From a plasmid: a stretch of 42,981 nucleotides of DNA. Where the stretch lies: the sequence record NZ_CP024179.1; one strand, 5' to 3'. The notes under the pieces are model-generated. The model was not told where the DNA came from, did no database searches, and was given only the letters and a program-made list of their open reading frames with translations. The translations under genes and the position numbers were made by a program. Below, piece by piece: positions 29,063 to 39,767 of this stretch (the first letter of the stretch is position 1; each line of letters begins with the position of its first letter).

Positions 29063-30088
29063 ATGATAAATGAATGGATAGACAAGCTTGCATTATGGCT
29101 CACACAGAATAGTGACTGTGTATTAGTCACTGTGATGTCAGTGATTGGCTCAGCACCTAGAGAAGTGGGTGCGAGTATGGTGGTACACCTTACAAATGAC
29201 CCTCAACAAACAATTGAGAGCGTTGGTAGCATTGGTGGGGGGCATTTAGAGTGGCAATCGCTTAATATCGCTCAGTCGATGTTGAGTAACCAAAGCGAAC
29301 CATCACTAATTATCGAACGATTTAATCTTGGTGCAAGATTAGGACAATGTTGTGGTGGTCGAGTTCTCGTATTATTTGAAAGAATTAGCCATTTAGATAT
29401 CGACTTTTTTAACAATTTTCTTTATCAAACCCAACACGGGCAAACGCTGTATCGTTATTTATCCTCAAGTGATAAGCATTCAACATGGCAAATCAAAAAA
29501 GCAATAGAGACCGAACAGTCTAAAACATGTTATGAGATTATGCATCAAGATGGCTCTTGTTTAAATAATAAAGAAAATAATTGGCAATTCTCTCAAATTA
29601 TTGAATCTACTCGCTTTCATGTATATCTATTTGGAGCAGGGCACATTGCTCAAGCATTAGTGAAACTGTTACTTCCACTTGCTGCGAAAGTACATTGGAT
29701 AGAAACACGAGAGTATCAAAATAGGATTGAGAATATTGATTTATCCCATGCTTACTTAGATTATCAAGAAACCCATATTCCTGAAAAACTTATCGAAACC
29801 GCTTTACCAAATAGTTTCTTTATTGTGATGACTCATGATCACGGCTTAGATTTTCAGCTTTGCCAAGCTATTCTCAAACGCCAAGTAAAACAACAAGATA
29901 TTCGCTACTTTGGCATGATAGGCTCAACCACCAAGCGAGCTAATTTTGAACGGCGTCTACTTGCTAGAGGTGTTTCACCAGAGACTTTAACTTCCTTAAT
30001 CTGTCCGATGGGAATTACGGGTATTCACAGTAAAGAGCCTAATCTCATTGCGATTGCTATTACCGCCCAGTTGTTGCAATACCCTTAA
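29063..30088 (+). CDS. xdhC: Xanthine dehydrogenase accessory/MoCo-insertion protein XdhC
   Basis: XdhC/CoxI family. It follows xdhB. Confidence 0.85.
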   Translation: MINEWIDKLALWLTQNSDCVLVTVMSVIGSAPREVGASMVVHLTNDPQQTIESVGSIGGGHLEWQSLNIAQSMLSNQSEPSLIIERFNLGARLGQCCGGRVLVLFERISHLDIDFFNNFLYQTQHGQTLYRYLSSSDKHSTWQIKKAIETEQSKTCYEIMHQDGSCLNNKENNWQFSQIIESTRFHVYLFGAGHIAQALVKLLLPLAAKVHWIETREYQNRIENIDLSHAYLDYQETHIPEKLIETALPNSFFIVMTHDHGLDFQLCQAILKRQVKQQDIRYFGMIGSTTKRANFERRLLARGVSPETLTSLICPMGITGIHSKEPNLIAIAITAQLLQYP

Positions 30089-30210
30089 TTAGTTATACCT
30101 AGTCATTAATATCTCCTTGCTTTAAATCTGCATTGGCACATAAATTGCTTTTCTATAAATACAATTATTTTTTTATATTGTATACAAATTATGTTAAATA
30201 AGGAGCATTT

Positions 30211-31380
30211 ATGAAAATTATTATTATTGGTGCAGGTATTGGTGGCTTGAGTGCGGGGATTGGACTCAAAAAACAAGGACACCAGGTTACTGTTTATGAG
30301 CGTGTGGAAAAGATTTTGCCAGTTGGAGCGGCTATTTCGGTTTGGTCAAACGGTGTTAAATGCTTAAACTATCTGGGATTAAACGAGGAAGTCAAAGCCT
30401 TGGGTGGTAACATGGCGAACCTAGCCTATATTGATGGTTTCACCAATTCGGTGATGACCCAATTTAGTCTACAGCCCTTGGTTGAAGAAGCAGGTCAAAA
30501 GCCATACCCCGTGTCTCGGGCTGAATTACAAGCAATGCTAATGGAAGCTTTTGGTAAAGAGGATGTCAAACTAGGCATCGGCTTAGTCAATATTGAGCAG
30601 AATCTAGCCCAAAAAGATAGCAAAGTGGCAGCGTATTTCTCCGATGGTTCGTCTGATACTGCTGATTTGTTAATTGGAGCGGACGGTACACATTCATTTA
30701 CTCGTAAATATATTCTTGGCAAAAAACTCGAGAGACGTTACGCAGGGTATGTGAATTGGAATGGTTTAGTGGAAATTGATGAATCCATCGCACCTGCTGA
30801 TCAATGGACGACATTTGTAGGTGAAGGAAAACGGGTATCACTCATGCCAATAGCAGGTGGACGGTTCTATTTCTTCTTCGACGTACCATTACCTGTTGGC
30901 CTACCCAATGAAAGATATAATTATAAAACGTTATTAAAACAATACTTTACAGGTTGGTGTGAGCCAGTACAAAAACTTATCGACAAAATTGACCCTGCCA
31001 AAACTAACCGTGTCGAAATCCATGATATTGAGCCATTTGATACTTGGGTAAAAGGTCGGGTCGTCTTATTAGGGGATTCTGCTCACGGTACAACCCCTGA
31101 TATTGGGCAAGGTGGCTGTCAAGCCTTAGAAGATTCGATTTATTTAACTCGTTCCTTAGCGATTAATACCAACAGTATTGACGATGCGTTGAAACGTTAT
31201 GTCGAAGTGCGAGCACCACGAGCCAATCATTTAGTAATGGTCGCTCGCAAACGTTGCGGCGTGACCCATGGGGAAGATCCAGCCGCAACTCAAGCATGGT
31301 ACGACGAACTTCGCCAAGAAGATGGCAAGCGAATATTACAAGGTATTCTCAATAATATTCAAGGCAATCCTTTAGATTAA
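30211..31380 (+). CDS. hpxO: FAD-dependent urate hydroxylase (HpxO type)
   Basis: It has an N-terminal GxGxxG ([13 protein letters not shown]), the flavin monooxygenase DG motif and GDSAHG, and sits in a urate-catabolism context. Confidence 0.85.
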   Translation: MKIIIIGAGIGGLSAGIGLKKQGHQVTVYERVEKILPVGAAISVWSNGVKCLNYLGLNEEVKALGGNMANLAYIDGFTNSVMTQFSLQPLVEEAGQKPYPVSRAELQAMLMEAFGKEDVKLGIGLVNIEQNLAQKDSKVAAYFSDGSSDTADLLIGADGTHSFTRKYILGKKLERRYAGYVNWNGLVEIDESIAPADQWTTFVGEGKRVSLMPIAGGRFYFFFDVPLPVGLPNERYNYKTLLKQYFTGWCEPVQKLIDKIDPAKTNRVEIHDIEPFDTWVKGRVVLLGDSAHGTTPDIGQGGCQALEDSIYLTRSLAINTNSIDDALKRYVEVRAPRANHLVMVARKRCGVTHGEDPAATQAWYDELRQEDGKRILQGILNNIQGNPLD

Positions 31381-31402
31381 AATTAAGAAATTCACTTCAA
31401 AA

Positions 31403-31430
31403 AAACCCTGTTTTAACAGGGTTTTTTTAT
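31403..31430 (+). terminator. Rho-independent terminator after hpxO (AAACCCTG-ttttaa-CAGGGTTT + T7)
   Basis: A perfect 8-bp stem followed by TTTTTTT. Confidence 0.7.
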
Positions 31431-31568
31431 GGTCAATGATTAAACAAAAAGAAAATTATAGATATTGTATACAATAAAATAATTATTTTATGAAAAATTG
31501 TAAAAACTGGCATACTAATTGCTATCCCTTAAAGTAGTAACTAAAGCAGATACCTAGGAAAATCAGAG

Positions 31569-32072
31569 ATGAATATAGCTGAATTTAATCAACTGCCGAT
31601 GCAACAAGCAACAGAAATCTTAAGAAATTGTGTACAAATATCATCTTGGGGCGAGAATATTGTTGTACATCGTCCATTTATTAATAGCGAGAATCTATAT
31701 AACTACGCTAAACAGCAAACAGAAACTTGGACATGGCAACAAATTAGCGAGGCGTTGGGCAATCATCCTCGAATTGGTGAGAAAAAAGCCATCCAATCCT
31801 TGAATGAAAGAGAACAACAATTCTCTAAAAACGAGCAAAGCAACGTTAACCTCACCAATGCAGTGCAGGATGCTCTATATAAAGGGAATGTAGATTATGA
31901 AAATAAATTTGGCTTTATTTTTTTAATTCGGGCATTAGGTCGAAGCACTGAAGAGATACTGGCTGAATTAAACCGTCGTCTTAACAATACGCCAGAGCAA
32001 GAACAACTTGAAGTTAAAGACCAACTTTCACAAATTGCACTTTTACGATTAAAACAGGAAGTAACTGCATGA
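31569..32072 (+). CDS. uraD: OHCU decarboxylase (UraD/PucL-type)
   Basis: It carries the OHCU decarboxylase signature (HPRIGEKK). It overlaps the HIU hydrolase start by 4 nt. Confidence 0.85.
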   Translation: MNIAEFNQLPMQQATEILRNCVQISSWGENIVVHRPFINSENLYNYAKQQTETWTWQQISEALGNHPRIGEKKAIQSLNEREQQFSKNEQSNVNLTNAVQDALYKGNVDYENKFGFIFLIRALGRSTEEILAELNRRLNNTPEQEQLEVKDQLSQIALLRLKQEVTA

Positions 32073-32416
32073 CTACATTAAGCACCCACATTTTAGACAC
32101 CACGCTTGGACTACCTGCAAGTAATGTTCAAGTGAGTTTATACCAACTGCAAAACGAAATGCCACAGCTACTCAGCCAAGGAATTACCGATGAATCAGGC
32201 AGAATCAAGCAGTTTGAATTATCCAGTGATAATCGAGCGTTAGCAATAGGTGAGTATCAATTAGTATTTGCGACAGCTGAGTATTTTGCCAAGAATAAAA
32301 GAGCGTGCTTTTATCCGAAAGTGACAATCGACTTTGTTCTTGATGGCACACAAGCGCATTGTCATGTGCCATTGCTGATTAGCTCTTATGGTTTTTCGAC
32401 TTATCGTGGCAGTTAG
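32069..32416 (+). CDS. uraH: 5-hydroxyisourate hydrolase (transthyretin-like)
   Basis: It has HILDTTLGLPA and the C-terminal YRGS signature. Confidence 0.9.
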   Translation: MTTLSTHILDTTLGLPASNVQVSLYQLQNEMPQLLSQGITDESGRIKQFELSSDNRALAIGEYQLVFATAEYFAKNKRACFYPKVTIDFVLDGTQAHCHVPLLISSYGFSTYRGS

Positions 32417-32454
32417 ACAAAATCTTTAAAAAAAATGAGAAATAAAAGGGGATT

Positions 32455-33837
32455 ATGATGACTATAAATACATTCACCACTATACGACCTGAAGACGAAC
32501 AACTCGGTCTGACTAAAAACGTGGCTTATGGCTTGCAACACGTTTTAACGATGTACGGCGGTATCATCGCAGTGCCACTTATTATTGGTTCGGCGGCGGG
32601 ATTAAAACCTGCCGAAATCGGAACACTTATCGCAGCAAGTTTATTTGTGGGGGGATTAGCTACGCTTTTACAAACCCTTGGTATTAAATACTTTGGGGCG
32701 AAACTACCTATTGTGCAAGGCGTGTCATTTGCCGGGGTAGCCACTATGCTGGCGATTATTACTACAGGTGGTAGTTTACCTATGGTATTTGGTGCGGTAA
32801 TGGTAGCATCAGTGGTTGGCTTAATTATCTCACCTTTCTTTTCTCGTTTATTAAGATTTTTTCCGCCTGTGGTGACAGGGTCGGTCATTACCATGATTGG
32901 CTTGTCTTTAATCCCCGTAAGTATTCGCTGGATAATGGGTGGTAATCCAAAAGCACCAACATGGGGTGACCCTGGTAATGTTGGGTTAGCATTAGCAACT
33001 TTGGGTGTTATTTTATTACTCAGTATCACTCGTAATCCTTTGGTGCGTCGCTTGGCTATTTTGATAGCAATGGCGGTTGGGACAATCATTGCTGCGATGT
33101 TTGGTATGGTTGATTTTTCCAAAGTAGGTACAGGAGCATTCTTTGCTATTCCCAATGTTTTCCAATTCGGTGCCCCTGTCTTTGATGTAGCTGCCATTAT
33201 CTCAATGTGTATTGTGACATTGGTCACCATGACAGAAACGACAGCAGACATTTTGGCAGTTGGTGAAATTGTGGGCACATCTGTTGATGAACGCCGTGTC
33301 GGTGACGGTCTGCGTGCAGATTTACTCTCTAGTGCGATTGCTCCAATGTTTGGTTCATTTATGCAAACGGCATTTGCTCAAAACGTTGGTTTAGTAGCTA
33401 TGACAGGAATTAAAAGTCGTTTTGTGGTGGCAACTGCGGGTGCAATTTTGGTGACTCTAGGTTTATTGCCTGTTTTAGGTCGTGTCGTGGCATCTATACC
33501 TATGCCAGTTTTGGGCGGTGCAGGAATCATTCTGTTTGGTAGCGTGGCAGCTAGCGGCATTCGTACGTTATCTAAAGTTAATTATGAAAATCAAAATAAT
33601 CTCATTATTGTAGCAACTGCCATCTCGATTGGTTTAATTCCTGTAGTGAGCCAAGATTTTTATGAGCATTTCCCAGCATGGGTAAAAACTCTGTTTCATT
33701 CTGGAATTAGTTCAACTTGCATCACTGCTATTTTGTTGAATTTATTATTTAACTCTAAATTGTTAGCAAGAAAATCGACTACACCATTAGCTGACACCGG
33801 AACGGCATCAACCTCATCAGCGGTGACTCATTATTAA
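32455..33837 (+). CDS. NCS2-family nucleobase (xanthine/uric acid) permease
   Basis: 460 aa, multi-TM, with NCS2 signature regions (QHVLTMYGG..., FAQNVGLVAMTG). Confidence 0.85.
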   Translation: MMTINTFTTIRPEDEQLGLTKNVAYGLQHVLTMYGGIIAVPLIIGSAAGLKPAEIGTLIAASLFVGGLATLLQTLGIKYFGAKLPIVQGVSFAGVATMLAIITTGGSLPMVFGAVMVASVVGLIISPFFSRLLRFFPPVVTGSVITMIGLSLIPVSIRWIMGGNPKAPTWGDPGNVGLALATLGVILLLSITRNPLVRRLAILIAMAVGTIIAAMFGMVDFSKVGTGAFFAIPNVFQFGAPVFDVAAIISMCIVTLVTMTETTADILAVGEIVGTSVDERRVGDGLRADLLSSAIAPMFGSFMQTAFAQNVGLVAMTGIKSRFVVATAGAILVTLGLLPVLGRVVASIPMPVLGGAGIILFGSVAASGIRTLSKVNYENQNNLIIVATAISIGLIPVVSQDFYEHFPAWVKTLFHSGISSTCITAILLNLLFNSKLLARKSTTPLADTGTASTSSAVTHY

Positions 33838-33877
33838 TTTTGAAAACTTTACACTTAATCATCTTTTGGAGGAAACA

Positions 33878-35203
33878 ATGCAACAAACTTATTTAAAACA
33901 CAAAAATTTATATTGGGCGATCTTAGTAGCTTTGGGATTACCGAGTATGGCGATTGCTACCCCTACCAACAATCCGCCTTTAACCCTAAATCATTTGTCA
34001 GGGTTGCAACAAGATTGCACCGTCAACAATAACTCAGTTGACAGTCTTGGTAAAGCCTTTAGCTGTGGTACTGTGAGTGGTGCAATCAAAACCGCCTATT
34101 ATTCTCTTAATAACGCATATTTTGGTGGAAAAAGCCAAGATACCGTTGCAACAGGCGGTTACATCCGCTATGAAACTGCCCCGTTTTATGGCGTACAAGC
34201 AGCCGTTGGTTACGACATCCAACGTAGGCTTGATGATGATAATGGACATGCCGAAGTTAGTGAATTTAAAAATGATAAAGATGGTCTTGCTGAAGCTTAT
34301 GTAAAATGGCAAAACGATAAAGCGCGTGTCACTGTGGGCAACCAGCGTTTGGATGTTCCATTTTTGGGGGATTACTCCGATTTTCGTATTTTGCAAAACC
34401 TGTATCAAGCCGCTGACGTCAAATTGGGTAACAATGATGACTTCATCCGAGCGACCAAAGTGAATAAATTCAAAAGCTATGGCGAAGACGAATTTTATAA
34501 AACCAGTCGTCAAAGTGCCATAAAAGAAACTGATGGTATGTGGTCAGTGGGTGCGGGCAAAAGTTACAAACTTGCCAATGGCAATCAGTTAAAAGGGCAA
34601 GTTTGGTATGAAGATTATGATGATTACACCAAACTGGCGTATGCACAAGGCAATTATGCGTTAGCCAATCATCCATTAAAGCCTGAGTTTGCCGTGCAAT
34701 ACATCACAGGCAAAGACCAAGGGAAAGCGTTAGCAGGCAACGTCGATAGCCAAATGTATGGGGCTATGCTTAGTCTAAAACCTACAAGCAATGCAACTGT
34801 CAAACTGGCGTATGACCGCATTCAACCACAAAGTGACGCTTATCGTAATGGAGCATTATTGACACCTTATAGCACAAACACTTCATCGAGTGTGATTTTT
34901 GCTCAGCCGTTTTTTACCAGTACCCAAGACTTGGGGGCAGGTAATGCTTATATGATTGGCGTGGATGGCAAATATGACGACCAAACCAACCTTGGGGCGA
35001 GATTGTCTTATATGGATTTAAAAGAAAGCAAAAACGTCGATAGCCGTGACCAAACTGAGTTGATGGTGTATGGCATCCATAATTTCTCAGGTAAATTAAA
35101 AGGGCTTAGTATCAGCAACTTTGCAGGGATTCAGCATTCACCCCGTTTTGATGGACGAGAAAACTTTTGGCAAAACCGTTTAATGTTGTCTGTGAAGTTT
35201 TAA
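33878..35203 (+). CDS. Outer-membrane porin, OprD-like (candidate substrate-specific channel for the pathway)
   Basis: It has a signal peptide (LYWAILVALGLPSMAIA), a beta-barrel-like alternating pattern and a C-terminal Phe. A GGAGG SD precedes the start. Confidence 0.7.
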   Translation: MQQTYLKHKNLYWAILVALGLPSMAIATPTNNPPLTLNHLSGLQQDCTVNNNSVDSLGKAFSCGTVSGAIKTAYYSLNNAYFGGKSQDTVATGGYIRYETAPFYGVQAAVGYDIQRRLDDDNGHAEVSEFKNDKDGLAEAYVKWQNDKARVTVGNQRLDVPFLGDYSDFRILQNLYQAADVKLGNNDDFIRATKVNKFKSYGEDEFYKTSRQSAIKETDGMWSVGAGKSYKLANGNQLKGQVWYEDYDDYTKLAYAQGNYALANHPLKPEFAVQYITGKDQGKALAGNVDSQMYGAMLSLKPTSNATVKLAYDRIQPQSDAYRNGALLTPYSTNTSSSVIFAQPFFTSTQDLGAGNAYMIGVDGKYDDQTNLGARLSYMDLKESKNVDSRDQTELMVYGIHNFSGKLKGLSISNFAGIQHSPRFDGRENFWQNRLMLSVKF

Positions 35204-35331
35204 ACAATTGATTGCCAAGGAGAGCTATTGGAATTCATGACATAGGGATATAACAATATTAGGAAATAACAATCATAGGATAATATTTCAAAACACTCAA
35301 ATAATAAAAAACTTTTATAACAATACTAAAA

Positions 35332-35368
35332 ACCCATTAAGTCTAAATTCTTAATGGGTATTATTTTT
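35332..35368 (+). terminator. Rho-independent terminator after the porin gene (ACCCATTAAG-tctaaatt-CTTAATGGGT + T-run)
   Basis: A 10-bp perfect stem followed by ATTATTTTT. Confidence 0.55.
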
Positions 35369-35451
35369 GATTAACCTTAGCAAAATAGGTATAAAAAAGG
35401 GCATATTTATCATGCTCTTTTTTCCTAAATTATTTTCTCATAACTGGGATA

Positions 35452-35988
35452 TTAAAATTCTACCTGCACTTGCCACTCATTAATATCCAATTCAATACAA
35501 TTTATGCCTTCACCACCCACTCTGTCGACCACTAAAAATTGACAAACTTGATTTAAAGCCAAAAGCGGATGATGCCATGTACCAGCATGATATTGCACCC
35601 CTTGGTAATGACGAGCATAAAATGCGTGTAACTCATCAGCCGATTTTGGCTCATCACCTGCTTTGGCAACTACAACCAAATAATCTTGTTTATCCAAGCT
35701 AAAAAAAGCTTGAGAACCAAACGGATGATATTCCATCACTGACAGTACCGCAGGCAATGCGCGTGGCTGTGCCAAAAAGATGCTAAGTCCAACACTCCCA
35801 CCATCATGGCTGACAGTGGCAAGTTGGTGATGACGCTCGGCAAAGCCTTGATTGATAGTAAAGCGATTTTGTGGTGTTGCTTCATTATCTTTATACAGCT
35901 CGATGACATCGCCAAACGGAGCAAAATCCGCTTTGGTCAACGGTTTGGCGGTTAGAGTAGTAGTTATATGTTTTGTCATATTATCCAT
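35452..35988 (-). CDS. allA: Ureidoglycolate lyase (AllA)
   Basis: Cupin-type ureidoglycolate lyase, 178 aa (FAPFGDVIE..., GTWHHP). Confidence 0.85.
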   Translation of the reverse strand: MDNMTKHITTTLTAKPLTKADFAPFGDVIELYKDNEATPQNRFTINQGFAERHHQLATVSHDGGSVGLSIFLAQPRALPAVLSVMEYHPFGSQAFFSLDKQDYLVVVAKAGDEPKSADELHAFYARHYQGVQYHAGTWHHPLLALNQVCQFLVVDRVGGEGINCIELDINEWQVQVEF

Positions 35989-35993
35989 TACCT

Positions 35994-37022
35994 TTAAGCA
36001 ATTTTACCAAACAATTTAATTCGGCTAATCCCCCCGTCAGGAAAAATATTGACTCGTACATGAGTAATCGGTTTCTTCAGCACAATCTCGTTAAACTCAT
36101 GCATACTATCGGCACTCAATTGCTGAGACTCAAGCAAGGTTTCCCAAAACATACTTTGGGTAATAAGAGCTTGCCTGGGCAAATCGGGAGCATATACAGC
36201 TTGAATCGATACTTTGTCAGGGAAATTACCTTTAAAAAATGCGGTATCGACCATGATTTTATTGACAATACCTGCTTGTCCTAACTTTAGAATACACCAG
36301 TCATTCCCTGGCTCACGACGGCGACGAGTCTCCCAACCTTCACCCATGTTTGGGGCTTTATTGGGTAGTAACAGATTACTTGCTTTACCAAAGTGGGCGT
36401 CGTTCCACGCAATCGCTTGACCGCCATTTAACGCACTTACCAAATCAATATCGCCTTGAGAATCAGTTGTTTCGGCAAAGACAATTTCACCGTACACACG
36501 CAAACGAGCAACACCACCATCAGGATAAATGCTTAAGCGAATATGGGTAATTACACTGTCTGTGTTTTCACTTGCGATATAATGATGAGAATTACCTTGA
36601 AGGCTTACCATATTGGTGAGCGGTTGCCAGCTTTGTTGTGTCCAAAAATCTGCATTTTCATTATCATTAGCTTGTTCAAGCTTGATACCTTCAATTTGAC
36701 ATGCAGGCGGAAAGTTACCCGTAAAGTTGCTAGTATCAATGTCAAAACCCTGGATTTTGGCAGGTTTGGCAAGCTTAATTACCAAATAATCATTACCTAA
36801 ATGGCGTTTACGACGGGTCTCCCAACCGTCCATCCATTTACCATTTTCATCATATTTGCCGACGATAAATACTGCAGGTTCAGCATTTAAGATTCGTTCC
36901 TTAACCGCAAAAAACTCATCACTGGCAAATAACGCTTTTGCTCCAAGGCGGTCATCAGCAACGTTAGTCAGATTGGTAAAATCGGGTAAAACTGGGGTCT
37001 CAATTACAGAAGGTTCGCTCAT
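35994..37022 (-). CDS. alc: Allantoicase
   Basis: It has two allantoicase repeats (GWETRRKR and GWETRRRR). Confidence 0.9.
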   Translation of the reverse strand: MSEPSVIETPVLPDFTNLTNVADDRLGAKALFASDEFFAVKERILNAEPAVFIVGKYDENGKWMDGWETRRKRHLGNDYLVIKLAKPAKIQGFDIDTSNFTGNFPPACQIEGIKLEQANDNENADFWTQQSWQPLTNMVSLQGNSHHYIASENTDSVITHIRLSIYPDGGVARLRVYGEIVFAETTDSQGDIDLVSALNGGQAIAWNDAHFGKASNLLLPNKAPNMGEGWETRRRREPGNDWCILKLGQAGIVNKIMVDTAFFKGNFPDKVSIQAVYAPDLPRQALITQSMFWETLLESQQLSADSMHEFNEIVLKKPITHVRVNIFPDGGISRIKLFGKIA

Positions 37023-37042
37023 TTATTAATCCTTGAAGTTCA

Positions 37043-38035
37043 TTAAAATAACCAATTAAATGTGTTTTCGCTAGTCGCTGGGTGCTGTTCGTACCAATGT
37101 TTGGCGATTTCATCACGACGACAAATCCATACATCAGGCTTACTGGTGATATAGTCGATGAATTTTTTAAGAGCGACAATACGTCCTGCACGACCAATCA
37201 TGCGACAATGTAAGCCAATCGATAGCATTTTTGGCGTTTCTTGTCCCTCTTCATACAGAGTATCAAAGCTATCTTTTAAATATTGATAAAACGGCTCAGC
37301 ATTGGTATAACCTGGGCTCGATGCAAAACGCATATCATTAGTTTCAAGCGAATAAGGAATAATAAGCTGTGGACGAGTGAAAATTTTGTCGCCTTCAGTC
37401 ACTCGCACATTGAGCCAGTAGGGAAGTTCATCAGCATATGAATCTGAGTCATATTGATAACCGCCTTGAGCCACTACTAATTCACGAGTATTGGGACTAT
37501 CTCGTCCTGTGTACCAACCGATTGGCTGAAGACCCATCATTTTTTTAAAAATTTCCGTCGCTTCACTGACATGGCGGGCTTCGGTCTGTCTGTCCATCAG
37601 CTGATGATTGACCCAACGCAAGCCGTGACTTGCCACTTCATGCCCATCTTGAAGCACTCTCTCAAGGATATGCGGGGTGCGAGCAACCGACATGGCACAC
37701 GAAAACGTCGTAAGTTTTAAGTCATGGGCTTTAAACAAATCCAGTACTCGCCACACCCCAACACGGCTACCGTATTCAAATGCTGACTCAACTGATTGAT
37801 GACGGTTTGGGAAAATCTGCGTGCCTAAAATATCGGATAAAAACATCTCAGAGCCAGCGTCACCGTGCATGACTGCATTTTCTGCCCCTTCTTCAAGGTT
37901 TAGCACAAACTGCACCGCAATTTTTGCCCCATTTTTCCAGTTGGCTTTGGGCGGATTGTCGCAATACCCCTTCAAATCTCGGGGATAATGCGGTAGGTCA
38001 ATGGGGGTAACGTGCTTAAATTGCGGTGTGGACAT
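37043..38035 (-). CDS. puuE: PuuE-type allantoinase (polysaccharide deacetylase fold)
   Basis: PuuE signature regions (AVQFVLNLEEGAE...; HGLRW). Confidence 0.85.
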   Translation of the reverse strand: MSTPQFKHVTPIDLPHYPRDLKGYCDNPPKANWKNGAKIAVQFVLNLEEGAENAVMHGDAGSEMFLSDILGTQIFPNRHQSVESAFEYGSRVGVWRVLDLFKAHDLKLTTFSCAMSVARTPHILERVLQDGHEVASHGLRWVNHQLMDRQTEARHVSEATEIFKKMMGLQPIGWYTGRDSPNTRELVVAQGGYQYDSDSYADELPYWLNVRVTEGDKIFTRPQLIIPYSLETNDMRFASSPGYTNAEPFYQYLKDSFDTLYEEGQETPKMLSIGLHCRMIGRAGRIVALKKFIDYITSKPDVWICRRDEIAKHWYEQHPATSENTFNWLF

Positions 38036-38064
38036 AGTCGCTCCTAATGATAAAAACTGCGAAT

Positions 38065-38757
38065 TTATTTATCGCCTAGTTTGTTAAATAATTCGTTAAA
38101 ATTTGGCGGTTGTTTGGGTTGTGGCTCAATCAGTAACTGCTCGGCAAGTTCGGATAAATGTTCTGCCATATCATTTTTAAGTAACGCTTTATCGGTCTGT
38201 TGTAGCAGTTTGATTAAATCAAAATGGCAATGATTATCACATTGCATGGTCGTCGGATTGCTATACATGGCAATGGCAAGCGATGTACGAGCGATAAGTT
38301 GCTCAATCAAGGTAATCAAAGTCACATTTTCGGTAAATTTGGCAATTTGAATGTGAAAATCGCCCGACAGCTTATTGGCAAGCCCATACTCAGCTTTGCG
38401 TAAGGCGGTCATTTCGGCATCGCAAAGCTTGGTTAAGCTAGTCACTTGGGCATCATTTAATGGCAAATTTAATAAATCAATAACCCCCAGTTCCAAAATT
38501 TTACGGGTGGTAAAAATTTCATTAACTTGCGGTTTGCCCATTGACGCCACAAAACAACCCCGATTCGGTAATTGCACCACTAACTGCTCATAAATCAATC
38601 GTTGTAGAATCTTACGCACTCGAGTACGGCTAACATTAAAACTTTTTGCTAATTCATCTTCAGGCAAATGCGTGTCAGGCTTGAGATAATGCTCGTGAAT
38701 CGCCCGAAATAGCATTTGGTACATTTGGTCATCAGTGGTTTTGGTTGAGTCGCTCAT
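38065..38757 (-). CDS. GntR-family (FadR/FCD subfamily) transcriptional regulator
   Basis: N-terminal GntR wHTH (LAKSFNVSRTRVRKILQRL) plus a C-terminal FCD domain. Confidence 0.85.
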   Translation of the reverse strand: MSDSTKTTDDQMYQMLFRAIHEHYLKPDTHLPEDELAKSFNVSRTRVRKILQRLIYEQLVVQLPNRGCFVASMGKPQVNEIFTTRKILELGVIDLLNLPLNDAQVTSLTKLCDAEMTALRKAEYGLANKLSGDFHIQIAKFTENVTLITLIEQLIARTSLAIAMYSNPTTMQCDNHCHFDLIKLLQQTDKALLKNDMAEHLSELAEQLLIEPQPKQPPNFNELFNKLGDK

Positions 38758-38803
38758 AATAATTGCCTTAAAAAGTGAAAAATCTAAGTCTGTTTAACCA
38801 CTA

Positions 38804-39526
38804 TTATGCACCGAAACGATGCAAGTCTCCCAAAAATGGCTTAGCAATTGGGAACGCCAAATCACCATGCTTACTGGTTTTTAAATTCATACCGACCATT
38901 GCTTCAATCAGTTTCACTGCACTTTTTACCCCATCAATCACAGGAATACCCACCGCTTGCTCAATCGTATCAGTCAAATGGGACATCCCACCACAGCCCA
39001 ACACAATCGCCCCTGCACCATTATCACGGGCTTGTATTGATTTGCTGATTATTGCTTTGAGTGCGGTGTCATCTTCTAAGGCGAGTACAGGCAAATCGAC
39101 TGCCAGTACTTGAGGGCAAAGATGTCTATAGCCGTATTGTTGAAGCAAATGTTTAGCGATAATTACGGTGCGTTGTAGGCTCGTTACTACGGCAAACTGC
39201 GTACTTATCATGCTTGCCATCACAAAGCCAGCTTGAGCAATGCCAATCACAGGCTTGTCGGTCAGCTCTCTCACTGCCCAGATGTTGGGGTCACCAAAAC
39301 ACGCCAAAATCATGCCGTCCGCCCCTTCGCTATCCGCCTTTCTTACTTCTTCAGCAACTCCGACAATGCTCATCGCTTCATCAAAATGCGACTCAATCGA
39401 CACAGCTCCATGTTTTGGCGTTCTACCGACGATTTCTGTGCTTGCATTAGCAACAGCTTGGGCACTCTCCTGCATTTGCTCGGTCATGTGTTGACTGGTG
39501 TTGGGGTTGATTAAATGGATTTTCAT
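38804..39526 (-). CDS. hpxA: Asp/Glu/hydantoin racemase family protein (candidate allantoin racemase HpxA)
   Basis: 240 aa with the two-domain racemase pattern (GILACFGDP..., VLGCGGMS). It sits in the allantoin cluster. Confidence 0.75.
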   Translation of the reverse strand: MKIHLINPNTSQHMTEQMQESAQAVANASTEIVGRTPKHGAVSIESHFDEAMSIVGVAEEVRKADSEGADGMILACFGDPNIWAVRELTDKPVIGIAQAGFVMASMISTQFAVVTSLQRTVIIAKHLLQQYGYRHLCPQVLAVDLPVLALEDDTALKAIISKSIQARDNGAGAIVLGCGGMSHLTDTIEQAVGIPVIDGVKSAVKLIEAMVGMNLKTSKHGDLAFPIAKPFLGDLHRFGA

Positions 39527-39767
39527 AGCAAACCTACGATTAAAATTTTTCAGTAATTGTATACAATAATATTTTATATTTCAAATTAATTATTTTATAT
39601 GTAGAAAAGCTTATTTCAATTTCTATGCCAAAAACAGCGTATTATCAACATTATAAAATATGTGGCATGAATATTGCTCGTTAAATTGTACGTTATGTAA
39701 TTTAATATTAGACTTTATTGTATACAAATAATCATTGAAGTTAGTGGCATCACAAAAGGAGTAAGTC

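Noticed and set aside
32526-33278. 250-aa minus-strand ORF inside the NCS2 permease gene, and similar long antisense ORFs at 4187..4567, 15110..15469 and 34034..34513.
   Set aside because: These lie antisense to strongly supported genes and lack start context. They are chance open frames.
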